From an uncultured Gammaproteobacteria bacterium (GTDB taxonomy: Bacteria; Pseudomonadota; Gammaproteobacteria; GCA-001735895), in the NCBI GenBank assembly GCA_947260025.1, contig CAMYON010000013.1, positions 20,806 through 84,805 of the forward strand: DNA of 64,000 nucleotides. Direction: 5' to 3'. The notes beneath the pieces were generated by a model that worked only from the letters and a program-made list of their open reading frames with translations, searched no databases and was not told where the DNA came from. The translations under genes and the position numbers were made by a program. This document shows, one piece after another, positions 1-9,617 of the stretch (within the stretch, counting starts at the first letter, position 1; every line of letters starts with the position of its first letter).

Positions 1-30
1 GCAACGTTAGTCCTGTGCAGCGACGGCAGT

Positions 31-819
31 CTAGCTTTGCTGCTGGCGCCTGATGGTGCGTAGCATATCGGCAATGATCTTTGGATTGCCGGCGACAATC
101 TGTCCATTCTCGAGGAAATGTTCGTTACCGTCGTAATCGGTAACCAGGCCGCCGGCCTCGCGCACGATCAGTGCCCCCGCGGCCATGTCCCAGGCGTGTA
201 GCCCCGATTCCCAGAAACCGTCGAGCCGCCCGGCGGCTACGTAAGCCAGGTCGAGCGCGGCAGAACCGGCCCTGCGCATATCGCTGGCAGATTCGAAAAA
301 AGCGCGGAATATTTTCAGGAAGGCATCGATCTGATCAGGATGCTTGAATGGAAACCCGGTGCCGATTAATGCGCCGTCGACCGACTTTATCTTGGTGACG
401 CGGATTCGCCGGTTGTTAAGCGTTGCGCCATCGCCACGGCTGGCGGCGAATAACTCCTGCTTGAACGGGTCGTAAATGACGCCGTGGGCCAGCCGTCCAC
501 GATGTTCGCAGGCGATGGAAACCGCGTACTGGGGAAAGCCGTGCAGGTAGTTGGTGGTTCCGTCCAGGGGGTCGATAATCCAGCGGAATTCGCCCTGGCC
601 TTCGATGACCCCGGATTCCTCGGCAATAATTCCGTGGTCCGGAAAAGCCTTGAGCAATTCGGAAATTATCCTGGTTTCGGCCTCACGATCGACTTCACTG
701 ACGAAATCGTTGCGGGCTTTTACTTCGACCTGCAAGTCGGGTAGTTTGTTGATCTTGCGAACGATAAAATCCCCGGCGTGATGGGCCGCTCGAATCGCAA
801 TATTCAACATGGGTTGCAT
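31..819 (-). CDS. suhB: Inositol monophosphatase family protein SuhB
   Basis: WIIDPLDGTTNY, RRAGSAALDLAYVA and WDMAAG motifs; divergent from trmJ as is usual. Confidence 0.93.
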   Translation of the reverse strand: MQPMLNIAIRAAHHAGDFIVRKINKLPDLQVEVKARNDFVSEVDREAETRIISELLKAFPDHGIIAEESGVIEGQGEFRWIIDPLDGTTNYLHGFPQYAVSIACEHRGRLAHGVIYDPFKQELFAASRGDGATLNNRRIRVTKIKSVDGALIGTGFPFKHPDQIDAFLKIFRAFFESASDMRRAGSAALDLAYVAAGRLDGFWESGLHAWDMAAGALIVREAGGLVTDYDGNEHFLENGQIVAGNPKIIADMLRTIRRQQQS

Positions 820-945
820 GGCTGGGATTTCGTCGATCTGGGAAAGGCGCGCAGTCTAGCAAACGGCCTGTCGATAAACCAGAAGTAAAACCGTCGATAA
901 CAGGCCTGGACACGAATTGCGCTAACGGAACCGGAGACTAGCGAG

Positions 946-1668
946 TTGAAGCTCGAGAATATCAAGATCGTCATGGTTGGTACCACGCATCCCGGGAACA
1001 TCGGGGCTGCGGCGCGAGCCATGCACAATATGTGTATCGCAAACCTGACCCTGGTCGATCCGCAGTGCCCGGTAGGCCAGGTCGCCTATGCGCGTGCTTC
1101 GGGTGCGAACCTGGTGCTCGATCAACGCGAAACCTTCGCGGATTTGCCGGCGGCGGTTGCCGATTGCAGCTGCGTCATCGCGACCAGTGCACGCCGTCGT
1201 TCACTGGCCTGGCCAGAGCTGGAGCCGCAGGAAATGGCCGGCAAAATTCTGGAGATGGACGATGCCAGCCGGGTAGCACTGGTTTTCGGGCGTGAGCATT
1301 CCGGTTTAACCAACGACGAAATGCAGCTCTGCAACTACATGGTTTGTATCCCGACCAATCCCGAATTCAGTTCCCTCAACGTGGCGTCGGCAATCCAGCT
1401 ATTGTGTTATGAAATTTATCGGCAGCAGTCGATAATGCCGCTTGCCAAATCCCCCGAAGTCGATGACCTGGCGGCCACCAGCGGTGAGCTCGAAGGTTAT
1501 TTCGAGCACCTGCAAAGAGTGCTGGAGCAAAGCGGATTCCTCGATCCGCAACAACCGGGCCTGATCATGCAACGGCTGCGGCGGCTCTACCTGCGCAATG
1601 AAATGACGCGCAACGAAATCAACATCCTGCGCGGCATGCTGACTGCCGTGCAAAAGCAACGGGATTGA
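946..1668 (+). CDS. trmJ: tRNA (cytidine/uridine-2'-O)-methyltransferase, TrmJ/SPOUT family
   Basis: THPGNIGAAARAM, VFGREHSGLTNDE and SLNVASA motifs; TTG start; synteny with suhB and iscR. Confidence 0.9.
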   Translation: MKLENIKIVMVGTTHPGNIGAAARAMHNMCIANLTLVDPQCPVGQVAYARASGANLVLDQRETFADLPAAVADCSCVIATSARRRSLAWPELEPQEMAGKILEMDDASRVALVFGREHSGLTNDEMQLCNYMVCIPTNPEFSSLNVASAIQLLCYEIYRQQSIMPLAKSPEVDDLAATSGELEGYFEHLQRVLEQSGFLDPQQPGLIMQRLRRLYLRNEMTRNEINILRGMLTAVQKQRD

Positions 1669-1670
1669 CT

Positions 1671-1716
1671 GTTACAAACTGTTACAAATCGTTACCCGAT
1701 CGAAAAGCTTTGTAAC
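1671..1716. promoter_or_regulatory. Direct-repeat operator, probable OmpR-family regulator binding site
   Basis: GTTAC at 1671, 1681 and 1691 (10-bp period; GTTACAAA twice), plus an inverted TTTGTAAC at 1709-1716, just upstream of the Spy/CpxP-like gene. Confidence 0.6.
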
Positions 1717-1765
1717 TGTCCCGTCCCTAGAATCTGTCTTCGTTAATCAACAACGGAGAACACCC

Positions 1766-2224
1766 ATGAAACTTTCAAAACGAATTATTGCAGCAGTCCT
1801 GATCATTGTCGGTAGCTCGGGCGCGGTCTACGCCTACAGTAAGCATGGCGGCTGGGGCATGACGCCGGAGGAAAAAGTCGAATTCGTGACCGAGCGCGTT
1901 ACCAAAAAGCTGAATCTCGATAGTGAACAGCAACAGCGCTTTAGCGAACTCGCCGAAACCGTGGCCCAGATCATGCTCGACGCCAGGGGGAGCAGGCAGC
2001 AGCATGTCGATGAAATTGGCACACTGCTGCAGGAACCCAGTTTTAACCAGGCGCGCATGATGGAAATGGTGCAGCAGAAGACGCAGATGATAAACGAGAA
2101 GGCACCGCTGGTGATTTCATCACTGGCCGTATTCCTGGATTCGCTGAATGTCGAGCAAAAGGAGCAATTGCAGGAATTTCTTAAAAATCACCGCCATCAC
2201 CACAGGCATGGGACAGGACACTAA
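1766..2224 (+). CDS. Spy/CpxP-like periplasmic protein with His-rich tail
   Basis: Signal peptide; LNLDSEQQ and LNVEQKEQL (LTxxQ-like) repeats; C-terminal HRHHHRHGTGH; GGAGA RBS; lies upstream of a two-component pair. Confidence 0.7.
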   Translation: MKLSKRIIAAVLIIVGSSGAVYAYSKHGGWGMTPEEKVEFVTERVTKKLNLDSEQQQRFSELAETVAQIMLDARGSRQQHVDEIGTLLQEPSFNQARMMEMVQQKTQMINEKAPLVISSLAVFLDSLNVEQKEQLQEFLKNHRHHHRHGTGH

Positions 2225-2243
2225 AAACCGGGCCAGTCTGCAA

Positions 2244-2268
2244 CGCGGCTTCTCAAAAGGAAGCCGCG
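2244..2268. other. Intergenic stem-loop
   Basis: CGCGGCTTC-N7-GAAGCCGCG with no clear U-tract; could be a terminator or an mRNA-stabilising hairpin. Confidence 0.4.
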
Positions 2269-2305
2269 CTGTACAATATGCGCCTGATTCAGCCCAGGGC
2301 AAGCG

Positions 2306-2941
2306 ATGCGCAATTTACTACTGATCGATGACGATGAGCGACTTGCCGAATCGTTGCGGCAGTACTTCGCCAGGTTCGATCTGGCGCTGCAAAGTGAAAC
2401 CCATCCGCTGCAGGGCATCGAGCTGATCAAGCGTGCAGATTTTGACCTGGTGGTGCTGGACGTCATGCTGCCTGAAATCGACGGCTTCGAGACCTGCCGC
2501 AGGATTCGCCAGTTCAGCGAGATTCCGATCGTGATGCTGACCGCTCGTGGCGAAGTCATGGATCGAGTTGTCGGACTGGAACTCGGGGCCGATGATTACC
2601 TGGCACGGATCCAGAATATTTTCAGGCGTGGCAAGAATGCGCAGCCTGATCACCTGTATCGACTGGGCGAACTATCGGTGGATCTCGATAAGAAACAGCT
2701 GACGCGCGACGGAATTGAAATCGCCATAACCGCGACCGAGTACGAATTGCTGAGGTTGCTGCTGCAGAATCAGCAACGCGTATTGTCGCGCGACGAAATC
2801 ATGCAGGCCCTGCGCGGTATCGATACCGATATCTACAGCCGGGCGATCGATGTGCTGGTCAGCCGTTTGCGGCAAAAGCTGCGGCGTCCTGAACTGATCC
2901 GCACGGTACGCGGGCAGGGCTATCAACTTGTGAATCGCTGA
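2306..2941 (+). CDS. OmpR-family response regulator with an apparent in-frame deletion of the conserved KP segment
   Basis: LLIDDD, VLDVMLP, MLTARG and a winged-helix C-terminus (IRTVRGQGY). Reads GADDYLARIQ where the family has GADDYLxKPFxPRELxARI. Confidence 0.85.
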   Translation: MRNLLLIDDDERLAESLRQYFARFDLALQSETHPLQGIELIKRADFDLVVLDVMLPEIDGFETCRRIRQFSEIPIVMLTARGEVMDRVVGLELGADDYLARIQNIFRRGKNAQPDHLYRLGELSVDLDKKQLTRDGIEIAITATEYELLRLLLQNQQRVLSRDEIMQALRGIDTDIYSRAIDVLVSRLRQKLRRPELIRTVRGQGYQLVNR

Positions 2942-4245
2942 TGTGGCACTTCCTGCAGATTAAATGGCAAAGCCTGGTTTTCAGGCTGCTGTTTTATTTC
3001 CTGATCTCCCTGCTGGCGCTCGCCGTAGTGCTCGGAATCAGTTTTACCAAGCGTCTCAAGCCGCATGTGCAAAATGAAATACTCCCCAATGTCGAACGCT
3101 ATATAGAGTACCTGATCGAAGATATCGGTTTGCCTCCCGATCTCGCGACAGCCGAGCGGCTGGCCGAGGAGTTACCGTTCGAACTCAGAATCGAGGGGCA
3201 GGGGATAGACTGGTCTTCGAGCCCGACGATCCGAGCCATAGGGAGCCATGATTTCAGGCCGGCGCCACCGCCTTACAGTGACGTTTACCTGAGCCATCAT
3301 CGACGCGCCGAGTACCTGTTGATAGAAAAGCAGGGCTATCGCTATCTCTTTGTCGTCGATAGCGGATTTCGTCGCGGCTCGGAGCGGCGCCACGGGGCCC
3401 TGTTCCTGTTCCTGGGTTTGCTCCTGCTGGTGCTTTATATCGCGATTCGACGCATGTTCAAGCCGGTGGAAGCCATGTCCCGGCAGGTGCGCAGGATCGG
3501 CGCCGGCGACCTCGACCAGCAAATCGAGGTCGCGGGTAAAAGCGAACTGGCGTTGCTCGCCGGCGGCATAAACCGGATGTCGGCACAGATCAAGTCGATG
3601 CTGGAGAGCAAATCTGCCCTGTTGCTGGCAATCAGCCACGAGCTGCGTTCGCCGATCACCCGGATGCGGGTAAACCTCGAGCTAATGGACACAAGCGAGA
3701 TCCAGCAAAAACTGATCGATGACCTCCGCGAAATGGAGTCGTTGGTAGCAACGATACTCGAATCCGAAAAGCTCAACAGCGGCCATGCGCCGTTGAACCT
3801 GAGCCGTTGCGACCTGGCGCTGCTGATCCAGGAGGTCTTGCAGGACCATCCCTGCGCGGAGCGTGTCGCCACCAGGCTGACGCCGGTCGAACTCGAAGTC
3901 GACCAAATGCGTATCAAGCTGCTGATCAAGAACCTGGTCGACAACGCATGTCACTATTCGAGCGAAGATGAAGGCCCGATCGAGGTGTCGCTGCATGCCG
4001 CCGACCGGATGGTAAAAGTCGAGGTGCTGGATCACGGAATCGGCATCGCTGCGGACGAGATTCCGCGGCTGACCGAACCTTTTTACCGTCCCGATTCTGC
4101 CCGCCAGCGGGATACCGGCGGTTACGGGTTGGGGCTCTACCTGTGCCAGCTCATCGCCGATGCGCACGGTGGTCAGATCTCGATAGAAAGTAAGCCTGGA
4201 AGTGGTACCAGGGTAATAGTCAGCATACCCCTTGATAATAGTTGA
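2941..4245 (+). CDS. HAMP-domain sensor histidine kinase
   Basis: Two TM segments, HAMP, ISHELRSP H-box, NLVDNA N-box, DHGIGI and GYGLGL G-boxes. Confidence 0.92.
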   Translation: MWHFLQIKWQSLVFRLLFYFLISLLALAVVLGISFTKRLKPHVQNEILPNVERYIEYLIEDIGLPPDLATAERLAEELPFELRIEGQGIDWSSSPTIRAIGSHDFRPAPPPYSDVYLSHHRRAEYLLIEKQGYRYLFVVDSGFRRGSERRHGALFLFLGLLLLVLYIAIRRMFKPVEAMSRQVRRIGAGDLDQQIEVAGKSELALLAGGINRMSAQIKSMLESKSALLLAISHELRSPITRMRVNLELMDTSEIQQKLIDDLREMESLVATILESEKLNSGHAPLNLSRCDLALLIQEVLQDHPCAERVATRLTPVELEVDQMRIKLLIKNLVDNACHYSSEDEGPIEVSLHAADRMVKVEVLDHGIGIAADEIPRLTEPFYRPDSARQRDTGGYGLGLYLCQLIADAHGGQISIESKPGSGTRVIVSIPLDNS

Positions 4246-4269
4246 CCATTTTAGTCAGGATTGTATACT
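4238..4269 (+). promoter_or_regulatory. Type-1 IscR operator overlapping a sigma70 promoter
   Basis: ATAGTTGACCATTTTAGTCAGGATT (4238-4262) closely resembles the E. coli iscR autoregulatory site. -35 TTGACC at 4242-4247 and -10 TATACT at 4264-4269 (16-bp spacer). Confidence 0.75.
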
Positions 4270-4299
4270 GAGCGCGTTTTTACGCCATTCTATTGCACG

Positions 4300-4755
4300 A
4301 TGCGACTATCCACTAAAAGCCGATACGCAGTAACCTCGCTGCTCGATCTTGTTATGCATTCAGACCAGGGGCCCGTATCGCTGGCCGATATCTCGGTGCG
4401 CCAGGGTATTTCGCTATCCTACCTGGAACAGTTGTTCGCCAAAATGCGCCGCAACAAGCTGGTTGTCAGCACCCGCGGTCCCGGTGGCGGTTACAGCCTG
4501 GACAGCACTCCCGAGCAGGTATGTATCGCCGATGTAATCAACGCCGTAGACGAAGAAATGCAGGTAGCAGACAAGGATATTCCCAATGGCTCGGCCAGCT
4601 ATGAACCCTGCTTGACAGAGCAACTGTGGGAAGAGCTAAGCGCCGAAATCGAAAACTACCTGACCACGATTTCGCTCGCGGATATGATGAAAAACGAAGA
4701 GGTGCAGGAGCTGTCGCGCGCGCACGATCTGCGCCAACGGCAGAATATCGTTTAG
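4300..4755 (+). CDS. iscR: IscR-like Rrf2 transcriptional regulator with atypical cluster-ligand region
   Basis: MRLSTKSRYAV, QGISLSYLEQLF and RGPGGGY motifs; start reassigned to ATG 4300; first gene of the isc operon. Confidence 0.85.
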   Translation: MRLSTKSRYAVTSLLDLVMHSDQGPVSLADISVRQGISLSYLEQLFAKMRRNKLVVSTRGPGGGYSLDSTPEQVCIADVINAVDEEMQVADKDIPNGSASYEPCLTEQLWEELSAEIENYLTTISLADMMKNEEVQELSRAHDLRQRQNIV

Positions 4756-4759
4756 GCCA

Positions 4760-5908
4760 ATGTCAATTTACCTCGACCACAATGCAACCTCGCCGATGCG
4801 TCCCGAAGTCATCGACGCGATGATGCCTTTCCTGCAAAACCCGGTCGGCAATCCGTCCAGCCTGCATAGCTATGGCCGCATGGCGCGCTCGGCGGTGGAA
4901 TCGGCTCGCGCCGAGGTGGCGCAGTTGCTGGGTTGCGATAGCGCCGCGGTTATCTTTACCTCGGGTGGCACCGAGGCAAATAACCTGCTGTTGAAGGGAT
5001 ACGTGGATCACGCCAGCCGTCGACCCATCATCAGCAGCGAGATCGAGCATTCCGCGGTTCTCGAACCCTTGAAACAGTTGCAGGCAGAGGGTATGAACGT
5101 GGTCTTGCTAAAGCCAAACCCGCAGGGGCAGGTGGACCTGGAAACAGCGCGGCCGTTGGTTACCGGTGCCGATGCGCAGTTACTGTCGATCATTTACGCC
5201 AATAACGAAACCGGCGTCATCCAGCCGGTCGAGGCGCTGGCCGAGATGGTGGATCGCGATGCCTGCCTGGTGCATAGCGATGCAACCCAGGCAATCGGCA
5301 AGATTCCGTTCGACCTGTCGCAACTGGCAATCGATGCTGTCAGTTTTTCCGCCCATAAATTAGGTGGGCCCCAGGGTGTCGGCGCGCTGGTGGTAAATCG
5401 CAAACCCAGGCAGGCTTTGATTAGCGGTGGAGACCAGGAAAACAAGCGCCGCGGCGGTACTGAAAACGTCGCCGGCATTGTCGGACTCGGCAAGGCGGCG
5501 CAGATTGCGCGACTTGAAATAGCGCACAAGCAACATCACTTAACTCAACTAAGAGATACTTTCGAAGCCAGGCTGTCTGAAATTCCGGGTAGTGTGGTCT
5601 TCGGGCAAGGCGTTCCGCGGCTGCCGAATACGACTTTTTTCGCGCTGCCGTATTACCATGGCGAAACCCTGTTGATGGAACTCGATCGGTTGGGATTCGC
5701 GTTATCAAGCGGCTCCGCCTGCCATAGCATGGTTACCGAGCCTAGCCACGTACTCAAGGCAATGGGTGTCGACGATAACCTGGCTTTGAATGCGATCAGG
5801 GTCAGTTTCGGGATGGATAACAGCTTGCAGGATGCGGAACAACTGGCGGCGAAACTACAGGAACTGGTAGAGAGATTACCGCCGGTCATTCGCCAGGCGG
5901 CGGGATAG
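4760..5908 (+). CDS. Cysteine desulfurase, group I (IscS/NifS-like)
   Basis: [33 protein letters not shown] (PLP Lys) and SSGSAC (catalytic Cys). At 382 aa it is shorter than canonical IscS. Confidence 0.9.
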   Translation: MSIYLDHNATSPMRPEVIDAMMPFLQNPVGNPSSLHSYGRMARSAVESARAEVAQLLGCDSAAVIFTSGGTEANNLLLKGYVDHASRRPIISSEIEHSAVLEPLKQLQAEGMNVVLLKPNPQGQVDLETARPLVTGADAQLLSIIYANNETGVIQPVEALAEMVDRDACLVHSDATQAIGKIPFDLSQLAIDAVSFSAHKLGGPQGVGALVVNRKPRQALISGGDQENKRRGGTENVAGIVGLGKAAQIARLEIAHKQHHLTQLRDTFEARLSEIPGSVVFGQGVPRLPNTTFFALPYYHGETLLMELDRLGFALSSGSACHSMVTEPSHVLKAMGVDDNLALNAIRVSFGMDNSLQDAEQLAAKLQELVERLPPVIRQAAG

Positions 5909-5918
5909 AGAGAGATCA

Positions 5919-6242
5919 ATGGCAATTCATCTTAGCGATATAGCGGCATCGAGGGTGCAGCACTTTCTGGAAAACCGGGGCAAGGGCATCGGCCTGCGAC
6001 TCGGTGTGAAAACGACCGGTTGTTCCGGCCTTGCCTATGTCATCGAATTTGTCGATGAACTGCAGGAGGGCGACGAAGTTTTCGAAACCAAGGGTGTCAA
6101 GGTGATAGTCGATAAGAAAAGCCTGATGTTCCTCGACGGCACCGAGGTAGATTTCGCCAAGGTTGGGCTGAATGAAGGATTCCAGTTCAAGAATCCCAAC
6201 GCCAAGGATGCCTGCGGCTGCGGCGAAAGTTTCACCGTCTGA
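5919..6242 (+). CDS. iscA: Fe-S cluster carrier IscA
   Basis: [12 protein letters not shown] and CGCGESF motifs. Confidence 0.95.
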   Translation: MAIHLSDIAASRVQHFLENRGKGIGLRLGVKTTGCSGLAYVIEFVDELQEGDEVFETKGVKVIVDKKSLMFLDGTEVDFAKVGLNEGFQFKNPNAKDACGCGESFTV

Positions 6243-6258
6243 CCCTTAAACCATAAAC

Positions 6259-6798
6259 ATGCAGTCCCCCGAACTTAGCCAGGACTATTTCGAGTTATTT
6301 GGTTTGAATCCCGTGTTCGATATCGACCCCACCTCGTTGCATGCAGCACAACAGCGACTGCAGGCTAACCATCACCCCGACCGCTACGTCGGCTCGAGCG
6401 AGCAGGATAAGCGGTTATCGGTGCAGATTGCTTCCCGGGTCAACCAGGCCTATGAAACCCTGCGTGACCCGGTAAAGCGTTCTCGCTACCTGCTGGAAAT
6501 CAACGGCGCGACGCTGCCCGACGATTCGGCAACCACGGCCGATACCGAGTTCCTGATGGAGCAGATCGAATTACGTGAAGCGGTCGAAGCCTGCCGCCAG
6601 GGTGAGGATGCGCTGGCGCGTAGCGAAGCGATCGAAACCAGGCTCAAGCAGCGAGCGACAGAACTGGCGCAGGAATTTGTAGAGCGCTTCGATGGCGGCC
6701 GCTTCGACGAGGCGATCGAAGCTAGTCGCAAGATGCAGTTTGTTCAGCGCATACAGCAGCAGCTCGACGAACTACAGTTCGAGCTGGAGGACTTTTAA
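6259..6798 (+). CDS. hscB: Fe-S assembly co-chaperone HscB
   Basis: DYFELFGL, J-domain [13 protein letters not shown]. Confidence 0.93.
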   Translation: MQSPELSQDYFELFGLNPVFDIDPTSLHAAQQRLQANHHPDRYVGSSEQDKRLSVQIASRVNQAYETLRDPVKRSRYLLEINGATLPDDSATTADTEFLMEQIELREAVEACRQGEDALARSEAIETRLKQRATELAQEFVERFDGGRFDEAIEASRKMQFVQRIQQQLDELQFELEDF

Positions 6799-8666
6799 TG
6801 GCGCTGTTGCAGATATCCGAGCCTGGCGAGTCGAGCGCACCGCATCAGCGGCGCCTGGCGGCCGGCATCGATCTGGGCACCACGAATTCGCTGGTGGCGT
6901 CGGTACGCAGCGGAGAAGCCATCTGCCTGCCCGATGAGCGCGGGCGGAGCCTGTTACCGTCGGTGGTGCACTACGACGGCAACCAGGTCCTGGTCGGACA
7001 CGAGGCGCGGTCGCTGCAGGCCGTCGACCCGTTAAACACTATTGCCTCGGTAAAGCGGCTTATGGGCAGGGGACAGGAGGACGTCAAGCGGCTTGCCAAC
7101 GTCGTGCCCCATGAGTTTGTCGCCACCGAAGCCAGTACTGTTCCGCGGATTCGCACCGCGGGCGGCGATTTCAGCGCGGTCGAAATCTCCGGCGAAATCC
7201 TGAAAATCCTGGCGCAGCGAGCCGCGCATAGTCTTGGCGGGGATCTCGAAGGCGTGGTGATAACCGTTCCGGCGTATTTCGACGATGCTCAACGCCAGGC
7301 AACGAGAGATGCCGCAAGGTTCGCCGGGCTGAACCTGTTCAGGTTGTTAAACGAGCCCACCGCGGCCGCTGTCGCTTACGGGCTCGACCAGGATGCCGAC
7401 GGATTGATCGCGGTCTATGACCTCGGCGGCGGGACTTTCGATATATCCATTCTGAGGCTCAACAAGGGCGTATTCGAGGTGCTTGCCACCGGCGGCGATT
7501 CGTCGCTGGGGGGCGATGACATGGACCATGCGTTGGGTGAATGGATCATCGAGCAGGCTGGCTTCAGCGATATCGACGCCGTACTGGCGCGCAAGATCCT
7601 GATCGCCGCCCGCAATGCCAAGGAACAGCTTAGCAACGGCGACTCGGCCTTGATCAGTATCGACCACGCGCAGCCATGGCAGGCCGAAATCGGGCGCGCC
7701 CAGTTCAGCGACCTGATTGAACCCCTGGTCAGGAAAACCCTGTCGGCCTGTCGCAGGGCGCTGCGCGACGCCGGTATCGATAAACAGGAAATTGCCGAAG
7801 TGGTCATGGTCGGAGGATCGACGCGGGTGCCGCTGGTACAGACCATGGTGGGAGATTTTTTCGGCCGTAAACCCATGTGCGAACTCGATCCGGACCAGGT
7901 GGTTGCCCTGGGTGCCGCTATCCAGGCCGATATACTGGCTGGCAATAAACCCGATAGCGACATGCTGTTGCTAGACGTGTTGCCGCTATCGCTGGGCATC
8001 GAAACCATGGGCGGTCTGTGCGAGAAAATTATCGAACGCAATACCGCGATCCCGGTGGCGCGCGCGCAGGAATTCACCACTTTCAAGGATGGACAAACCG
8101 CGATGTCGATTCACGTGGTGCAGGGTGAGCGCGAACTGGTGTCGGACTGCCGCTCGCTGGCGCGCTTCGACTTACGCGGCTTCCCGCCAATGGTGGCTGG
8201 CGCCGCCCGGATTCGCGTCACCTACCAGGTGGATGCCGATGGCCTGATGTCGGTTACGGCAGAGGAAACCACCAGCGGCGTAGCCGCGGATATCGTCGTC
8301 AAACCGTCATATGGCCTTACCGATACGGAAATCGAAACCATGCTGCGCGCCTCGATGGAGCACGCCCGAGAAGATATCGAAGCGCGTATGCTCAAGGAGC
8401 AGCAGGTTGAAGCGCGGCGTGTGCTCGAAGCAGTCGACGCGGCGCTGCTGCAGGATGGCGAAGCCCTGCTGAACGAGTCTGAACTGACCGCGATTCAGCT
8501 TAAACGTAGCGAGTTGGAAAAGGGGCTCGAAAGCGCTAGCGCCGATGAGCTCAAACAATTGATCAAGTCCGTCGAGCAGGTCAGTGAGACCTATGTCGCC
8601 CGACGCATGAATGCGAGTGTCAAACAGGCGCTTGCGGGTAAACAAATAGATGAGGTTGATGTTTAA
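6798..8666 (+). CDS. hscA: Fe-S assembly Hsp70 chaperone HscA
   Basis: [11 protein letters not shown]-terminus, [17 protein letters not shown]. Confidence 0.95.
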   Translation: MALLQISEPGESSAPHQRRLAAGIDLGTTNSLVASVRSGEAICLPDERGRSLLPSVVHYDGNQVLVGHEARSLQAVDPLNTIASVKRLMGRGQEDVKRLANVVPHEFVATEASTVPRIRTAGGDFSAVEISGEILKILAQRAAHSLGGDLEGVVITVPAYFDDAQRQATRDAARFAGLNLFRLLNEPTAAAVAYGLDQDADGLIAVYDLGGGTFDISILRLNKGVFEVLATGGDSSLGGDDMDHALGEWIIEQAGFSDIDAVLARKILIAARNAKEQLSNGDSALISIDHAQPWQAEIGRAQFSDLIEPLVRKTLSACRRALRDAGIDKQEIAEVVMVGGSTRVPLVQTMVGDFFGRKPMCELDPDQVVALGAAIQADILAGNKPDSDMLLLDVLPLSLGIETMGGLCEKIIERNTAIPVARAQEFTTFKDGQTAMSIHVVQGERELVSDCRSLARFDLRGFPPMVAGAARIRVTYQVDADGLMSVTAEETTSGVAADIVVKPSYGLTDTEIETMLRASMEHAREDIEARMLKEQQVEARRVLEAVDAALLQDGEALLNESELTAIQLKRSELEKGLESASADELKQLIKSVEQVSETYVARRMNASVKQALAGKQIDEVDV

Positions 8667-9004
8667 TGCCCAGGGTTACCGTATTACCGCACGAAGAGAT
8701 CTGTCCCGAGGGAGCGCAGCTGGAAGTCGAGCCGGGAATCAGTCTGTGCGATGCGATGCTTCGTAATCACATAGAAATCGAGCATGCCTGTGAAAAGTCA
8801 TGCGCCTGTACCACCTGTCACGTTTACGTGCGCGAGGGCTTCGATTCGCTGGAAGAGTCGAGCGAGGATGAAGACGATTACCTCGACAAGGCCTGGGGCC
8901 TGGACATGGATTCGCGCCTCAGCTGCCAGGCGATCGTGGGCGAAGAAGACCTCACGATCGAAATTCCAAAATACACCATCAACATGGTGTCCGAGAACCA
9001 CTAG
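8666..9004 (+). CDS. fdx: ISC-system [2Fe-2S] ferredoxin
   Basis: IEHACEKSCACTTCH and SRLSCQ motifs. Confidence 0.95.
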   Translation: MPRVTVLPHEEICPEGAQLEVEPGISLCDAMLRNHIEIEHACEKSCACTTCHVYVREGFDSLEESSEDEDDYLDKAWGLDMDSRLSCQAIVGEEDLTIEIPKYTINMVSENH

Positions 9005-9013
9005 GAGAGAGCC

Positions 9014-9214
9014 ATGTCCCTGAAATGGACTGATACGCTTGATATCGCGATTGAACTGGCGGAGACGCATACCGATGTCGACCCACAATACGTGCGTTTC
9101 ACCGATTTGCACGCCTGGGTGTGTGCACTTGACGACTTTGACGATGATCCTAATCACTCGAACGAGAAGATCCTGGAAGCCATCCAGATGGCCTGGATTG
9201 ACGAAGCGGACTGA
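9014..9214 (+). CDS. iscX: Fe-S assembly protein IscX
   Basis: LKWTD, VRFTDL and [13 protein letters not shown] motifs. Confidence 0.93.
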   Translation: MSLKWTDTLDIAIELAETHTDVDPQYVRFTDLHAWVCALDDFDDDPNHSNEKILEAIQMAWIDEAD

Positions 9215-9428
9215 TTTGATCAAATCCTGGTCAAAATCTTGACAGAAAACCGTCGAGTTCTCGACACTTTAGTTGTTCAAAATCAAACACTTTTGAACTC
9301 TTCTTAAGGTGGATTGAGCACTATTTTCCCTAAAAGTGAAATTTTTTTTCGCTGCCGTTTTTATTCACTAAATTCCTATCGCCTAATAAGTTAGGCATTA
9401 CACTTAAAGTAAATTCTACAATTGAGGC

Positions 9429-9444
9429 TGTGAACTTGGTCACA
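9429..9444. promoter_or_regulatory. CRP/Clp-family binding site upstream of rpfF
   Basis: TGTGA-ACTTGG-TCACA is a perfect TGTGA-N6-TCACA core, extended by C/G flanks. Candidate promoter TTGCAA (9451) and TAAATT (9473) lies downstream. Confidence 0.65.
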
Positions 9445-9617
9445 GTTTGCTTGCAATCATTCCTCGTTTCGGTAAATTAAGTCGTAACGCGTCGCTTAAA
9501 GAAAGACGGGTAAGGTCCTGAAATTACAACGATTTAAAGACTCAGGCATCGCAATTATAGCTAATTCCCGAATGCAACATTCGGGCACGAAGACAGAGAC
9601 ATCCGGAGAGAGACAAT

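Noticed and set aside
9470-9590. Possible c-di-GMP riboswitch in the rpfF leader
   Set aside because: Short stems exist (TTAAG/CTTAA, CCTGA/TCAGG), but I cannot match the GEMM consensus by eye; an Rfam scan would be needed.
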